Positions 18,079 to 27,994 of a stretch of DNA of 64,000 nucleotides are shown piece after piece. The notes under the pieces were generated by a model that did no database searches, was not told the DNA's origin, and worked only from the letters and a program-made list of their open reading frames with translations. The position numbers and the translations under genes were made by a program. How positions within the stretch are numbered: position 1 is the stretch's first letter; every line of letters starts with the position of its first letter. Source of the DNA: Thermoplasmata archaeon (GTDB lineage: Archaea > Thermoplasmatota > Thermoplasmata > Lutacidiplasmatales > UBA184); assembly GCA_035502455.1 (NCBI GenBank), contig DATJUI010000015.1, forward strand, positions 50,249 through 114,248, given 5' to 3'.

Positions 18079-18629
18079 CGGCCGCCCCTCCCGCGCGCGG
18101 GGACGGCCCCGCCCCGACGCACCGGTCGCGTCCGATCGAGCCGCTGGACCGCCGCCGAGAGGTCCGCGATCGCGGCCTCGCGCAGCGGGATCGAGCCGAT
18201 CTTCGCGTCCGGGCGCCGCGCCAGGAACGTGTCGAGCCCCTCGAGGTGCCGACGCAGGTGCCGCAGGAGGTGGTCACCGGGGTCGTCCGAGCCGGCGATC
18301 TCGGCCCAGAGCAGGCCGAGATCCGGCGCCCCCGGACCGGGACCGGCCATCTGCTCGCGGATCCGGCGCAGCAGCGCGTGGCCCGCCGGCGTGATCGAGT
18401 AGACGCGGCGGCTGCCGTCGATCGAGGACCGAGCCGCCCCCCGCTCGACGAGCGAGCGGAGCGCGGGATAGATCGCCCCCGGGCCTGGCCGCCAGGTCCC
18501 GTCCGTCCGGTTCGCGATCCGATCGGCCAGCGAGTACCCGTACAGGCTGCCCTCCCGGTCGAGCGTCGCCAACGCGTACAGCCACAGGACGCGTCCCGGC
18601 ATCGGTCCGGGCGTCGAAGGTCGCGCCAT
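18075..18629 (-). CDS. PadR-family transcriptional regulator
   Basis: YGYSL...W.PGPGAIYPALRSL...RRVYSITPAG. Confidence 0.9.
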   Translation of the reverse strand: MARPSTPGPMPGRVLWLYALATLDREGSLYGYSLADRIANRTDGTWRPGPGAIYPALRSLVERGAARSSIDGSRRVYSITPAGHALLRRIREQMAGPGPGAPDLGLLWAEIAGSDDPGDHLLRHLRRHLEGLDTFLARRPDAKIGSIPLREAAIADLSAAVQRLDRTRPVRRGGAVPARGRGGR

Positions 18630-18642
18630 ACAACGGACTCTG

Positions 18643-18661
18643 TATCGAGTTCGATATATAA
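18643..18661 (-). promoter_or_regulatory. padR promoter: TATA box (18654-18661) overlapping inverted repeat TATCGA-GT-TCGATA (18643-18656)
   Basis: Perfect 6-bp inverted repeat between the TTATATAT box and the ATG at 18629. Confidence 0.7.
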
Positions 18662-18826
18662 CTCCTCACTGAACCCCGATGGACGGGATGGGCCGACGGG
18701 CGCCCCGCCGGTCCCGGTCGGTCCTCGCCGCGCCGCAGGAGCCCCGGGGAGGGGGGCCCCGCGGACGCTCGCCCCCCGGTAAACCATTAACGGAGCGGGC
18801 CCCTCGAACCGGACGGTCGATCCCCC

Positions 18827-21595
18827 GTGTTCCGCCGGAACCGTTCGCCCCTCCGCGTCGTCGACGGCCCGCGTCGGGGTCTCCGCGGCGCGGTCGCCGC
18901 GCTCGTGGTACTGCTCGTCGTCCTCGGCGGATGGCCCGCGCTGGCCGAGGGGCTCCCGTCGGGCGGATCGCCAGCTGCACCGGCGAGCGCTCCCGGTCCC
19001 TCGGCGCTGTGCGCGGCGCCCGGGTCGCGCGAGGCCCCTTCCGCTCCCGGGCCGAGCTGTCCCGCCGTGGGCCCGGCGGCCCCGGGAGCCTCGGGCGACC
19101 CCTCGGGCCAGCACGTCTCGTGGGCGCAGCTGCCCGGCGCACCGGTCGGCGTCGGACAGGGCACGGGGATGGCCGCCGATGCCGCGGGCGCGGAAGCGGT
19201 CGTGTTCGGCGGGAACGTTTCGGGCGCGCTCTCCAACACCACGCAGGTCTACGACGAGGCGATCGCGAGCTGGTCGACCGTGGCGACGACGCACGCGCCC
19301 TCCCCCCGCAGCGACTTCGGCTTCGCCACCAACGACTCGGCGCGGCTGGCGGTGCTGTTCGGGGGGGTCGTGGACCTCGCCTCCCGGGCCGTCGACAACT
19401 CCACCTGGCTGTTCGACTTCGGGTCGAACACCTGGACGAACGTCTCGGGGCCAGTGGCCCCCCCCGCGCGCGCGGATCCCGCGCTCGCGGTCGATCCGAG
19501 CTCCGACCTCGCGCTCCTGTACGGCGGGTGGGACCAGGACTACCGGTCGAGCGGCACCCTCACGTTCGGCGATCTATGGGCGTTCAACTTCTCGACGGAC
19601 GCCTGGACGCAGTGGCAGCCCAGCGGCCCGAGCCCTCCTCCGCTCGAGGGGGCGTCCTTCGGCTGGGACTCTCAGAGCGGGACGTTCCTCCTGTACGGGG
19701 GCTGCTACCCGTGCAGCTCCACGGTCTGGCAGCTCGATCCGGTCTCGCGGACCTGGTCGGTGGTCTCCCCCGCGGACGCGGCCCCGACGCCGCGCGCGCA
19801 GAGCGCCGTCGCCTGGAATCCGATCGACAGTGCGCTGACCGTGTTCGGCGGGACGAACGGCGCCGTCGCCTTCAACGACACCTGGGAGTTCGCCCCCGCG
19901 ACCGGCAACTGGACCGCCGAGGCGGCGGGGACCGCCCCGGCGGCGCGATGGAGCGCCGCGTCCGCCTGGCTGAACGTCCCGGGCAATCAGACCCTCCTGA
20001 TGACGGGAGGGACCGGGGCCGGCACGCTCCCGAACGCACTGTGGCGGCTCGCCCCGACGGCGAACCTGACCCTGCTCGTCGAGAACGCCTCGAGCGGGCT
20101 GCCCGTCGCCTCCGCGAAGGTCGTCCTGGGGAGCGGTCCGGCCGCATCGACCAACGCGTCCGGCTACCTCAACCTCACGGCCGTCACGGCCAACGAGACG
20201 ACCGTCAATGTCTCGCACATCGGGTTCGCGGACAGCCAACGGTCGTTCTGGATCGCCCCCGACTCCACCGCCTTCGAGCAGTTCCTGCTCTCCCCCGTGC
20301 CCGACGGCAACGTGAGCGTGCGGATCGTCAACGAGTCCGGTGCCCCGGTCGCGGGCGCCGCCGTGAGCCTTCGGATCGCCGGCGCGTACCTCCCGGACTC
20401 GAACGGGACGTCCGACCTCCAAGGGTACGTGAGCTACCCGAACGTCCCGAGCGGGGTCCCCGCGCCGACGGGCGTCGTCACCGCGTCGGGCCCGGGCAGC
20501 TACTCGAACTCAACGGCGTTCGTGCTCCCCCCCGGGGCCCGCGTCTCCGTCGTCGTCGTGCTCGTGTCGTACCCCCGGCTGGTGATCCAGGTGACCGGGG
20601 CGCTCGCGAACCTTCAGCTGGCCGACGTCGCGCACGCCAACATCAGCGAGAACGACCTGTTGCTGGGCTCCACCGACGCGGCGGGCTGGCTCAACGCCAC
20701 CTCGATCCTGCCCGGCGGAACGGTCCAGCTCGCGATCGTCGCCGAGGGGTTCTCGGTCCTGGGGAGCAAGATCGTCCTGCCGCACTCGGGCACCCTCAAC
20801 GAGTCGTATCGGCTCTCCGGGCTCGAGTTCGGCCGGATCGCGGTCGCGGTCGACGACGGCTCGACGGGCGACCCGATCGGCGGGGCGACGGTGGCGGCGA
20901 CCGCCGACCCGTCCGTGTCGAGCGTCGCGTACACCGACTCGCACCCGACGACCGACGCGGGGTCGGTCACGCTGAGCGTGCCGCAGGGCGCCTACTGGGT
21001 CAACGTCTCTTCGTACGGCTACTATCCGGACGACATCGGACCGGTCTGGGTGCCCTCGGCCGGCACGGTGAGCCTCGGCGCGAACCTCTCGCTCGAACCG
21101 GGGGCGAACGTGAGCGTCTTCGTCCGGGTCTACCACCACGGGCCGCCGGTCGTCGGGGCCCGGGTGCTGGCCGGGGCCGCCCTGCCGGTCAACACCTCCG
21201 ACACGGGGTGGGCGAACTTCACGGACCTTCGCTTCGGGCCGACGCTCGTGAACGTGACCGCGGTCGGCTTCCTGCCCAACGAGACGCTCGTCGTGCTCGC
21301 GCCGTTCGAGACGATCTCGGAGTACCTCGTGAACCTCACCCCGGCGCCCCTCGTCCCGGGCCACACGTCGAACGGGACGTACGCGTACGGCGGGGTCCTG
21401 CCGACCCTCGCGGCGCTCCCGGCGTACCTCGTCCTGCTCGCGCTCGCCGTCGGGGGCGCGCTCGTCTTCCTGCTGTATTTGCGGATCGACCGGGGCGCCG
21501 CCCCGGACGATCTCCCGCCGCCGCCGTTCGAAGGGGCCGGCCCCGGGCCCGCCGCGGCGCCGGAGGCACCGGGCGAGGCGCCGGGGCCGCCCTAG
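18827..21595 (+). CDS. Membrane-anchored surface protein: Kelch beta-propeller plus carboxypeptidase-regulatory-like beta-sandwich repeats
   Basis: Signal peptide; six Kelch-type repeats (FGG/YGG/TGG...W); repeats of P(V/I).GA.V...T...G; C-terminal TM helix; many N-x-S/T sequons. Confidence 0.85.
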   Translation: MFRRNRSPLRVVDGPRRGLRGAVAALVVLLVVLGGWPALAEGLPSGGSPAAPASAPGPSALCAAPGSREAPSAPGPSCPAVGPAAPGASGDPSGQHVSWAQLPGAPVGVGQGTGMAADAAGAEAVVFGGNVSGALSNTTQVYDEAIASWSTVATTHAPSPRSDFGFATNDSARLAVLFGGVVDLASRAVDNSTWLFDFGSNTWTNVSGPVAPPARADPALAVDPSSDLALLYGGWDQDYRSSGTLTFGDLWAFNFSTDAWTQWQPSGPSPPPLEGASFGWDSQSGTFLLYGGCYPCSSTVWQLDPVSRTWSVVSPADAAPTPRAQSAVAWNPIDSALTVFGGTNGAVAFNDTWEFAPATGNWTAEAAGTAPAARWSAASAWLNVPGNQTLLMTGGTGAGTLPNALWRLAPTANLTLLVENASSGLPVASAKVVLGSGPAASTNASGYLNLTAVTANETTVNVSHIGFADSQRSFWIAPDSTAFEQFLLSPVPDGNVSVRIVNESGAPVAGAAVSLRIAGAYLPDSNGTSDLQGYVSYPNVPSGVPAPTGVVTASGPGSYSNSTAFVLPPGARVSVVVVLVSYPRLVIQVTGALANLQLADVAHANISENDLLLGSTDAAGWLNATSILPGGTVQLAIVAEGFSVLGSKIVLPHSGTLNESYRLSGLEFGRIAVAVDDGSTGDPIGGATVAATADPSVSSVAYTDSHPTTDAGSVTLSVPQGAYWVNVSSYGYYPDDIGPVWVPSAGTVSLGANLSLEPGANVSVFVRVYHHGPPVVGARVLAGAALPVNTSDTGWANFTDLRFGPTLVNVTAVGFLPNETLVVLAPFETISEYLVNLTPAPLVPGHTSNGTYAYGGVLPTLAALPAYLVLLALAVGGALVFLLYLRIDRGAAPDDLPPPPFEGAGPGPAAAPEAPGEAPGPP

Positions 21596-22491
21596 TCGAG
21601 CGGGCGGCGCTCGACGACGACGACCGCGCCGACCGATGCGACCACGGCGATCGCGAGCGCGAGCAGGAAGGCGGCCGGCAGCCCCGCGTCGGCGATCAGG
21701 ACCCCGGCGCCGGCCGCGGCGGCGCCGAGGAGCGCGGCGAGCCCGGGGAGCCGGCCCATCGGGGGTCCGACGGCGGACGACCGGCTCTCGAACAGTCCGC
21801 GGAAGCGCGGCGTGAGCCGCCGCGCGATCGCGGGATCGATCGCGGGCCCGGGGCGCTCCGCCCCGGCGGTCGGCAGGACGATCCCCCGGCCCGTGACCGG
21901 GCGCAGGAAGGTGACGAACGTCGCGAGCACCGCGAGGCCGGCGAGCCCCGCGAACCACGGGTCCCCCACCCCGGCGAGCGGCAGGCTCGCGGCCGACCGC
22001 CCCACGAGCAGGTGAGCGACGCCGACGAGCTGCGCGTCCAGCGCGGCGAAGGTGTTGCGGACGAGGAGGCCCGGTTGGCCCGCCGAGCCGGCGGCGACGG
22101 CCGCCAGGAGCAAGAGCCCGAGCGCGAGCGCGAACTGCAGCCCGACGACCCGCGTCCCCGCACCCTCGTTGGGGGCGACGAACGTGAGGAACAGGAGCGC
22201 CGGACCGGCGAGCAGGGCCCCCCACCCGACCGCGTCGAGCACGAGGCCCGCGCCGACCGGGTCGATGCTGACCACCATCAGCACCACCAGGAGGGCGAGC
22301 AGCCCGAGCGCCCCGAACCGGGGTCCGTGCACCGGCTCGACCAACGGATAGGTGGCGAGCCCGAGCGCGACCAGGAACGCGGCGAGCGAGACCCCGATCG
22401 CGGCGCCGGGCAGGTGGCGCATCCCGGCCGCGGCCACGTACAGGAACGGCGGCAGACCGAGCGCCACCGCGGCGAGGAACCACCGGTTCAC
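21592..22491 (-). CDS. Polytopic membrane protein, last gene of the MoxR operon
   Basis: GTG at 22491 overlaps the DUF58 stop; multiple hydrophobic helices. Confidence 0.7.
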   Translation of the reverse strand: MNRWFLAAVALGLPPFLYVAAAGMRHLPGAAIGVSLAAFLVALGLATYPLVEPVHGPRFGALGLLALLVVLMVVSIDPVGAGLVLDAVGWGALLAGPALLFLTFVAPNEGAGTRVVGLQFALALGLLLLAAVAAGSAGQPGLLVRNTFAALDAQLVGVAHLLVGRSAASLPLAGVGDPWFAGLAGLAVLATFVTFLRPVTGRGIVLPTAGAERPGPAIDPAIARRLTPRFRGLFESRSSAVGPPMGRLPGLAALLGAAAAGAGVLIADAGLPAAFLLALAIAVVASVGAVVVVERRPLD

Positions 22492-23834
22492 GGCGAGACC
22501 ACCCCGAACCGGACCCCCGCGTAGCCCCGGGTCACCTGGTCGATGAGATCGCTCCGTCCGAACAGCTGCGTCGTGACCCCCGCCTCGCGCAGCCGCCGCG
22601 CGGCCTCGTGCCGGAGGGCCACGAGCGGATCGGCCGCGAATCGGACCGCGCGCTCGGCGAGCGGGTCCGGGAGCGGCGGGAACAGCGCGAGCGGGTCCGG
22701 CGCGTGGAGGAAGAGGCGGTGACCGGCCCCGCGGAAGGCGGAGAGCCCTCCGCGCGTGAGATCCGGCGGGGGGTCGAGCGCCGCGAAGGCGAAGACGGCC
22801 GAGGGGTGACCGAGGTTCCGCGCGAGGAACTGCGCGGCGTCCTCGATCTCGAACTTCCCCGGGACCACCACCGCGGCGCTCAGGGTCCGATCGATCTCGA
22901 ACGCGTGGTCGACGGTGCGGCCGAGCGGCAGGAACTTCCGCGCGCCGTCGGCCCACAGGAGCAGCGCGGTCCGGTCGCCCTGGCTGAACGCGTAGCGGGC
23001 GAGCAGCAGGGCGGCATCGACCGCGAGGTCGAGGGCCTCGCCGCCGGGCGGCCCCTGTCCCATCGGACGGCTCACGTCGAGGACGAGGGCGATGTCGAGA
23101 CGGTTCTCGGTCTCGTTCTCCTTCACGAGCAGCCGCTCGTAGGTCGACCGCTTCCAGACGATCGACCGGAAGTCGTCCTCGGGCTGGTACTCGCGGAGGG
23201 ACCGGAACTCGGTCCCGCTGCCGCGGGGCCCCGCGAGGATCCGCCCGACCATCTCGTGGCGCAGCCGCTCCGTGATCTCCGACTTCCAGAGCGCGACGTC
23301 CGGCAGCACCTCCACCGGCCAGCGGTCCTCGACGACCGCCGTGCGGAAGGCGAGCCCGAAGGCGTCGTGCGCGATCGCGACCACCGGGCCGAGCTCGAGG
23401 GCGCCCCGCTTGGTCCCGCGGTAGACGTACGCCACCGTCCGGGTCGAGCGCGCCTCGACCCACGACAGCACGTTCGGGGAGCCCGCGACCGGCACGAGCC
23501 CGTCCGGCACCCGATCGTAGAGCTCGAGGTAGAAGCCGGCGGCGCGGCGGACCTCGATCCGCGTCGCCATCGTGCCGTGGCCCCCGACGGGAAGGAGGGC
23601 CGTGTTCTCGGTGCGCTGCACCGCGAGGTCGCTGGACCGGAACCCGCGTGTCCGCCAGGCGAACGCGAGCACGTCCACGAGGACGAACGCGACGACGATC
23701 GCCCCGACGAGCAGCAGGAGGAGGTTGACCGCGAGGAGCCCGACCGTGAGCGCCGCGAGCCCGCCCGCCAGCAGCCCCCACCCGCGCGGAGTATGGACGA
23801 CCCGCGACTCGGTCACCGACGGCTCCCCGCCCAC
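22488..23834 (-). CDS. DUF58 (vWA-like) MoxR partner protein
   Basis: GTEFRSLREYQPEDDFRSIVWK, LVKENE and LVLDVSRPM; N-terminal TM hairpin. Start may be GTG 23816. Confidence 0.9.
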   Translation of the reverse strand: MGGEPSVTESRVVHTPRGWGLLAGGLAALTVGLLAVNLLLLLVGAIVVAFVLVDVLAFAWRTRGFRSSDLAVQRTENTALLPVGGHGTMATRIEVRRAAGFYLELYDRVPDGLVPVAGSPNVLSWVEARSTRTVAYVYRGTKRGALELGPVVAIAHDAFGLAFRTAVVEDRWPVEVLPDVALWKSEITERLRHEMVGRILAGPRGSGTEFRSLREYQPEDDFRSIVWKRSTYERLLVKENETENRLDIALVLDVSRPMGQGPPGGEALDLAVDAALLLARYAFSQGDRTALLLWADGARKFLPLGRTVDHAFEIDRTLSAAVVVPGKFEIEDAAQFLARNLGHPSAVFAFAALDPPPDLTRGGLSAFRGAGHRLFLHAPDPLALFPPLPDPLAERAVRFAADPLVALRHEAARRLREAGVTTQLFGRSDLIDQVTRGYAGVRFGVVSP

Positions 23835-23838
23835 TCGC

Positions 23839-24903
23839 TCAGCGGGGCGCGTTCGATCGGGCGAGTACGGCCTCGAGGACCCCGCGGAGGACGGCGGACG
23901 ATCCCGCCGACCGATCGGTGGGGGTCGCCGTCCGCATCGCCTCGGGCCGCACCACGATCCGGTGGTTGAGGACCGGGTACGCGAGCTCCTGCACGTCGTC
24001 CGGGATCACGTAGCTCCGCCGGTCGAGCGCGGCCGCCGCTCGCGCGGCCAGGGTCAGGTGAACGCCGGCGCGCGGGGACGCCCCGACGAGGATCTTTGGG
24101 TCGCGCCGCGTCTCCCGGACGATCGCCGCGACGTACTGCAGGATGTCCGGGTGGACGTACGTCGCCCGGAGCGCGGCCCGCAGCTCGGTGACCTCGTCGG
24201 CCGAGACGACCTGCCGCGGCTCCGCCGGGACCGTTCCGGCGCCCTGGGTCTCAAGGATCCGCATCTCGTCGTGCGCCGCAGGGTACTGGAGCACCTCGCG
24301 GAACAGGAACCGGTCGAGCTGCGACTCGGGCAGCGGGTACGTGCCTTCCTGATCGAGCGGATTCTGGGTCGCGATCACGAGGAACGGGCGCGGCAGCGGG
24401 TACGACCGGCCGTCGACGGTGACCTGGAACTCCTGCATCGCCTCGAGCAGCGCGGACTGGACCTTGGGCGGCGCTCGATTGATCTCGTCGGCGAGCACGA
24501 TGTTCGCGAAGATCGGGCCGGGTCGGAACTCGAACTGCTGGTTCTTCGGATCGAGGATGACATTCCCGACGATGTCGAGCGGGAGCAGATCGGGGGTGAA
24601 CTGGATGCGATGGAACGAGAGGTCGAGCGCCCGGGCGAACGACCGGACGAGGTACGTCTTCGCGAGCCCCGGGAGGCCCTCCACGAGGACGTGCCCCTCG
24701 CAGGCCAGCGCGATCGTCAGGGCACGGATCGGATCGTCGTAGCCGATGACCGTCCGCCCGATCGCCTGCTGCAGCCGGGTGAGGAGGGCCCCCGGTTCGC
24801 CGGCGGACGGCGCCGGTCCCGCGGGGGCGGCACCCGTCCGTGCCGGGGCCGACGTCGACGCGGCCGGGGCGGCGCCGGGCACGGCTCCCGCGGGCAGCGT
24901 CAC
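23839..24903 (-). CDS. moxR: MoxR-family AAA+ ATPase
   Basis: HVLVEGLPGLAKT, RIQFTPDLLP, LADEINRAPPKVQSALLEAMQE and ATQNP...EGTYPLPE.QLDRF. Confidence 0.95.
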   Translation of the reverse strand: MTLPAGAVPGAAPAASTSAPARTGAAPAGPAPSAGEPGALLTRLQQAIGRTVIGYDDPIRALTIALACEGHVLVEGLPGLAKTYLVRSFARALDLSFHRIQFTPDLLPLDIVGNVILDPKNQQFEFRPGPIFANIVLADEINRAPPKVQSALLEAMQEFQVTVDGRSYPLPRPFLVIATQNPLDQEGTYPLPESQLDRFLFREVLQYPAAHDEMRILETQGAGTVPAEPRQVVSADEVTELRAALRATYVHPDILQYVAAIVRETRRDPKILVGASPRAGVHLTLAARAAAALDRRSYVIPDDVQELAYPVLNHRIVVRPEAMRTATPTDRSAGSSAVLRGVLEAVLARSNAPR

Positions 24904-25418
24904 GTCGGAGCGCCCTCCGCGGACGGGGGCGCCCGCAGTGCGTCGAGCGCCGCGTCCAGGTCCGCGCGGGCCCGCGCGCGCCAGGCGTCGCGTCGCCAGC
25001 TGGCGAACGGGTCGTCGGGCGACGCCCCCTCCGCCCGGGCCGCCAGTCGGTGGGCGGTGACGAGCGAGCGTCGGATCTCGAGGAGCGATGCCTCGTCGGA
25101 CGACCGCGGACGATCGCCGCTAAAGCGCCGGGTCCGCTCCGTCCCGGTCGAGCCGGCGGGAACCGCCAGCAGCTCGTCGACCCGCGCGATCGTCGCCGTG
25201 ATCGCCGGGTCGATCCCGCCGTCGCGCAGGGACGCTTCCAGCGCGTCGATCGGCCCCTTCACCCATCGTCGGTCCGGGGGCACCGTCTCGAGCACGGGCG
25301 GCGGCCGGGCGAACCGGGCCAACGCCCAACCCGCGGTCAGCCCCGCCGTCAGCGCGACGGGGAGCCCGTACGTGACCGCGGTGGTGACGTCGCTCAGCAG
25401 CGACGACGCCCCGGTCAC
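24900..25418 (-). CDS. Hypothetical protein with N-terminal TM helix (MoxR operon)
   Basis: GTG at 25418 overlaps the upstream stop and its own stop overlaps the moxR start; hydrophobic YGLPVALTAGLTAGWALA. Confidence 0.6.
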   Translation of the reverse strand: MTGASSLLSDVTTAVTYGLPVALTAGLTAGWALARFARPPPVLETVPPDRRWVKGPIDALEASLRDGGIDPAITATIARVDELLAVPAGSTGTERTRRFSGDRPRSSDEASLLEIRRSLVTAHRLAARAEGASPDDPFASWRRDAWRARARADLDAALDALRAPPSAEGAPT

Positions 25419-25876
25419 CAGCGGTTCCCCCCGGTCGCTTCGGGGAGGGGCCGGGTCGCGGGGAGCGGGGCGGGGACCCGGACCGAATAGGTGGGGACGG
25501 CCGGGGCGCCGCGCCGGGCGAGCACGGTGGACTCGTAGATCCGGCGGACGGTGGCGACGACGTCGCCCGGGGGGACCGCCTCGGGCGGTCCGAACCGGAC
25601 CGGCTCGTAGATCTCGTAAAGACGGAACAGCAGCGGGACGAGGCCGCCGGCGTCGGTCCGGAGGTCCTGGGCGAGCACCTGCCGGGCCGTGTGCGACCGC
25701 GGGAACGGCGAACCGAATGCCGCCTCGACCTCCCGCATCACGGTCGGGAACACCTCGAGTACGGCGCCGCGCGCGTCGCCGCGCCGGACCGCCTCCTCGA
25801 CCGTTCGGACCGCGGGCGGACCGACACTGGGAGGCGGTTGGGCGCCGTCCGGTCGGGCAGGCGTCCCCGTCGCCAT
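25415..25876 (-). CDS. DUF4129-like protein
   Basis: SHTARQ...LFRLYEIYEPVRFG resembles the DUF4129 T.RE...L..L(Y/F)E..R(Y/F)G motif; MoxR/DUF58 context fits. Confidence 0.6.
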   Translation of the reverse strand: MATGTPARPDGAQPPPSVGPPAVRTVEEAVRRGDARGAVLEVFPTVMREVEAAFGSPFPRSHTARQVLAQDLRTDAGGLVPLLFRLYEIYEPVRFGPPEAVPPGDVVATVRRIYESTVLARRGAPAVPTYSVRVPAPLPATRPLPEATGGNRW

Positions 25877-26118
25877 CCCTCGGCTTAAACCGCACCCCTA
25901 CATGTACGCGACGCGCGGGCCGGCGCGGTGCGGAAAACCCTCGCGCCGTCTCCCCTCGCACGCCCATCCGAATCCCCGCAACGCCGCACCGTTCGTCCGG
26001 GATCGGGCGATGAGCTCCGGGTTCGCCGCACGAATCCGCAGACGGAATTCTCGACGGGGCGCGACCCGGGCGGGAGGCGATAAGCCCTCAAACGCCGCCC
26101 TCCTGGGCCCTCTACTCG

Positions 26119-27009
26119 ATGGAACGCTTCGAGAGGCAGCTTCGGCAGGCGGAACCCGGGTTTCGCGAGCTGATCGACCGGATCCCGCTCCAGGCGACGC
26201 CCCCGCTCCCGCCGGAGTGGCTTCGCGTGGAGATGCTGGAGCGGAGCCTGCTCCTGCGGCGGGTCCCCGACCTCGAGGGTCGGACGGTCCTCGAGGTCGG
26301 ATCGGGGGCTCACGCCATCTCGACGGTTCCCCTCGCCTGGCGGGTCGGGGGCGCGGGACGGGTCGTCGCGCTCGAACGGTCGCGATGGGGCCAGTTCCGG
26401 CCGGTCGTGACCGCCAGCGGCCTCCTCGAGCGGATCCGACCCGTGGCGGGAGATGCCCGCCGGCTGCCACTGCGCTCCGACGCGGCGGACCTCGCGGTAT
26501 GCCTCCACGGGCTCCGATCCCTGCGGGGCGACGAAAACACCGTCCGGGTCGTCCGCGAGATGCTCCGGATCGCGGAGCGCGTCGTCCTCGCGGAGTCGCT
26601 TCCCATCGCGAGGACCGATGGCCAACGGGCCCATCTCGCCATGTACAACCTCCGCGCGGAGGTGTTCGGGGCGAGCCTGGGAGTTCGCGATGACCTACCG
26701 TACCTGCCGCTCGATCGTCTCGCCTCCTTGGTGGAGCGGGCCGGCGGCGCCGACGTAGAGGCCCGGACCGAGGAGATCGACCTCCCCCACTTCCTCGGCT
26801 ACTTTCCCCGGACGCTCGTGGAGGCGGTCCCTCGGGGCCGTCGACGGGAGGAGCTCCTGGAACGATGGGACGAGGCGGAGGCGATGCGGCGGAGATACGG
26901 CGCCGACCACCCCCCAGTGGGAATCGTCTCGGCGCGGCGGTCCCGGAGCCGGTTCACCCCCGGGGACCCGGAACGACCCCCACCCGGGGCGCGAGGTCCT
27001 GCGGACTGA
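26119..27009 (+). CDS. Class I SAM-dependent methyltransferase
   Basis: VLEVGSG motif I, VVALE, GDARRLPL...DL and VVREMLR. Confidence 0.85.
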   Translation: MERFERQLRQAEPGFRELIDRIPLQATPPLPPEWLRVEMLERSLLLRRVPDLEGRTVLEVGSGAHAISTVPLAWRVGGAGRVVALERSRWGQFRPVVTASGLLERIRPVAGDARRLPLRSDAADLAVCLHGLRSLRGDENTVRVVREMLRIAERVVLAESLPIARTDGQRAHLAMYNLRAEVFGASLGVRDDLPYLPLDRLASLVERAGGADVEARTEEIDLPHFLGYFPRTLVEAVPRGRRREELLERWDEAEAMRRRYGADHPPVGIVSARRSRSRFTPGDPERPPPGARGPAD

Positions 27010-27261
27010 CCGCGCGGCTCGCAGAAGCGCGGCGCGACTTGCCTGGCCCTCCTTCGGACGGACGGGCGAGGGGTCCGGGTCGGGAGACGCCCGAGCAACT
27101 TCCGGCTCGAATTTCGCCATTTTCGTTCGCACCGATCCTCGATCAATGCATCCAGGAATTCTCTCGCAAACGGATTTCCTGCGAGCGGGACCCGCCACGG
27201 CGGGCTTCCGGGGCTCACTGGGCTCTCGGCGCCCGGCTCGAGCCACCTCGGGAGGACGGTT

Positions 27262-27864
27262 TCACCGAACGCTTCTGCGGACCAGCACGTTGCTCTGTCC
27301 GAACGGCCGGACGACGGCAAAACCTTCGCGTTCGAACATGCCGGCCGATCCGAACCAAGTGGCCACCGCCCTTTCGTGGGTCGCGGGATACGCCTCTACG
27401 ATACCCCCACCGTGCCGCCGAATCGCCTGGAGCGCGGCATGCAGCGCGAACCGCGCGACCCCCGACCTTCGGAACGGTCGGTCGACAAAGAAGCAGGTAA
27501 TCCTCCAGCTCGGCGCCGGACCGAGGCGGTCCGCTATCGACCGGTACTTTCGACCGCGATCGACTCGTGGCAGATCCTCGCGGCGACCGAACTGGCACCA
27601 TCCGACCGGTCGGCCACCTTGGTAGACCAGGATCCCGTGGGCGCGACCCCGCATCAGCAGGGCACGATGGTCACGTCGGTTTGCGTCCTGGCGAGCCCTG
27701 CTCTCAAGGGGCCCCGTGGGACCCCCTCGATGGTAGAACATGCACCAGCATCCGGCCTGGACCCCGCGGTACTTTCGAAACAGGGTTTCGAAGGCCGACC
27801 AGGTCGAGGGCGAAAGTTCGCGGGCCTCCAACGTCCGCTCGACCGGTCCGCTCGTTCGCGACAC
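27262..27864 (-). CDS. GNAT acetyltransferase
   Basis: GCWCM, PVGWCQFG, ITCFFVD..FRRSGVA (acetyl-CoA motif A), VEAYP and MFEREGF. Confidence 0.88.
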   Translation of the reverse strand: MSRTSGPVERTLEARELSPSTWSAFETLFRKYRGVQAGCWCMFYHRGGPTGPLESRARQDANRRDHRALLMRGRAHGILVYQGGRPVGWCQFGRREDLPRVDRGRKYRSIADRLGPAPSWRITCFFVDRPFRRSGVARFALHAALQAIRRHGGGIVEAYPATHERAVATWFGSAGMFEREGFAVVRPFGQSNVLVRRSVR

Positions 27865-27994
27865 GCTCTCGACTCAATGAGCCTGGATGGCCGAAGAAGA
27901 TTCGCATCGGGTGGGGCTCGGTACCGTTCCGCCAGGTCTGCCCACCGTTTATGGCCGCATCGAAGTCTGTGCTCCCTGCCGGAGGACATCGCCC

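Noticed and set aside
25921..25948. Patchy resemblance (ggcgcgg...gga...aaccctcg..cgccg) to the tRNA-Arg 3' half, as a possible att site at the island's far end
   Set aside because: Needs several gaps and mismatches in GC-rich sequence; not distinguishable from chance without an alignment statistic.
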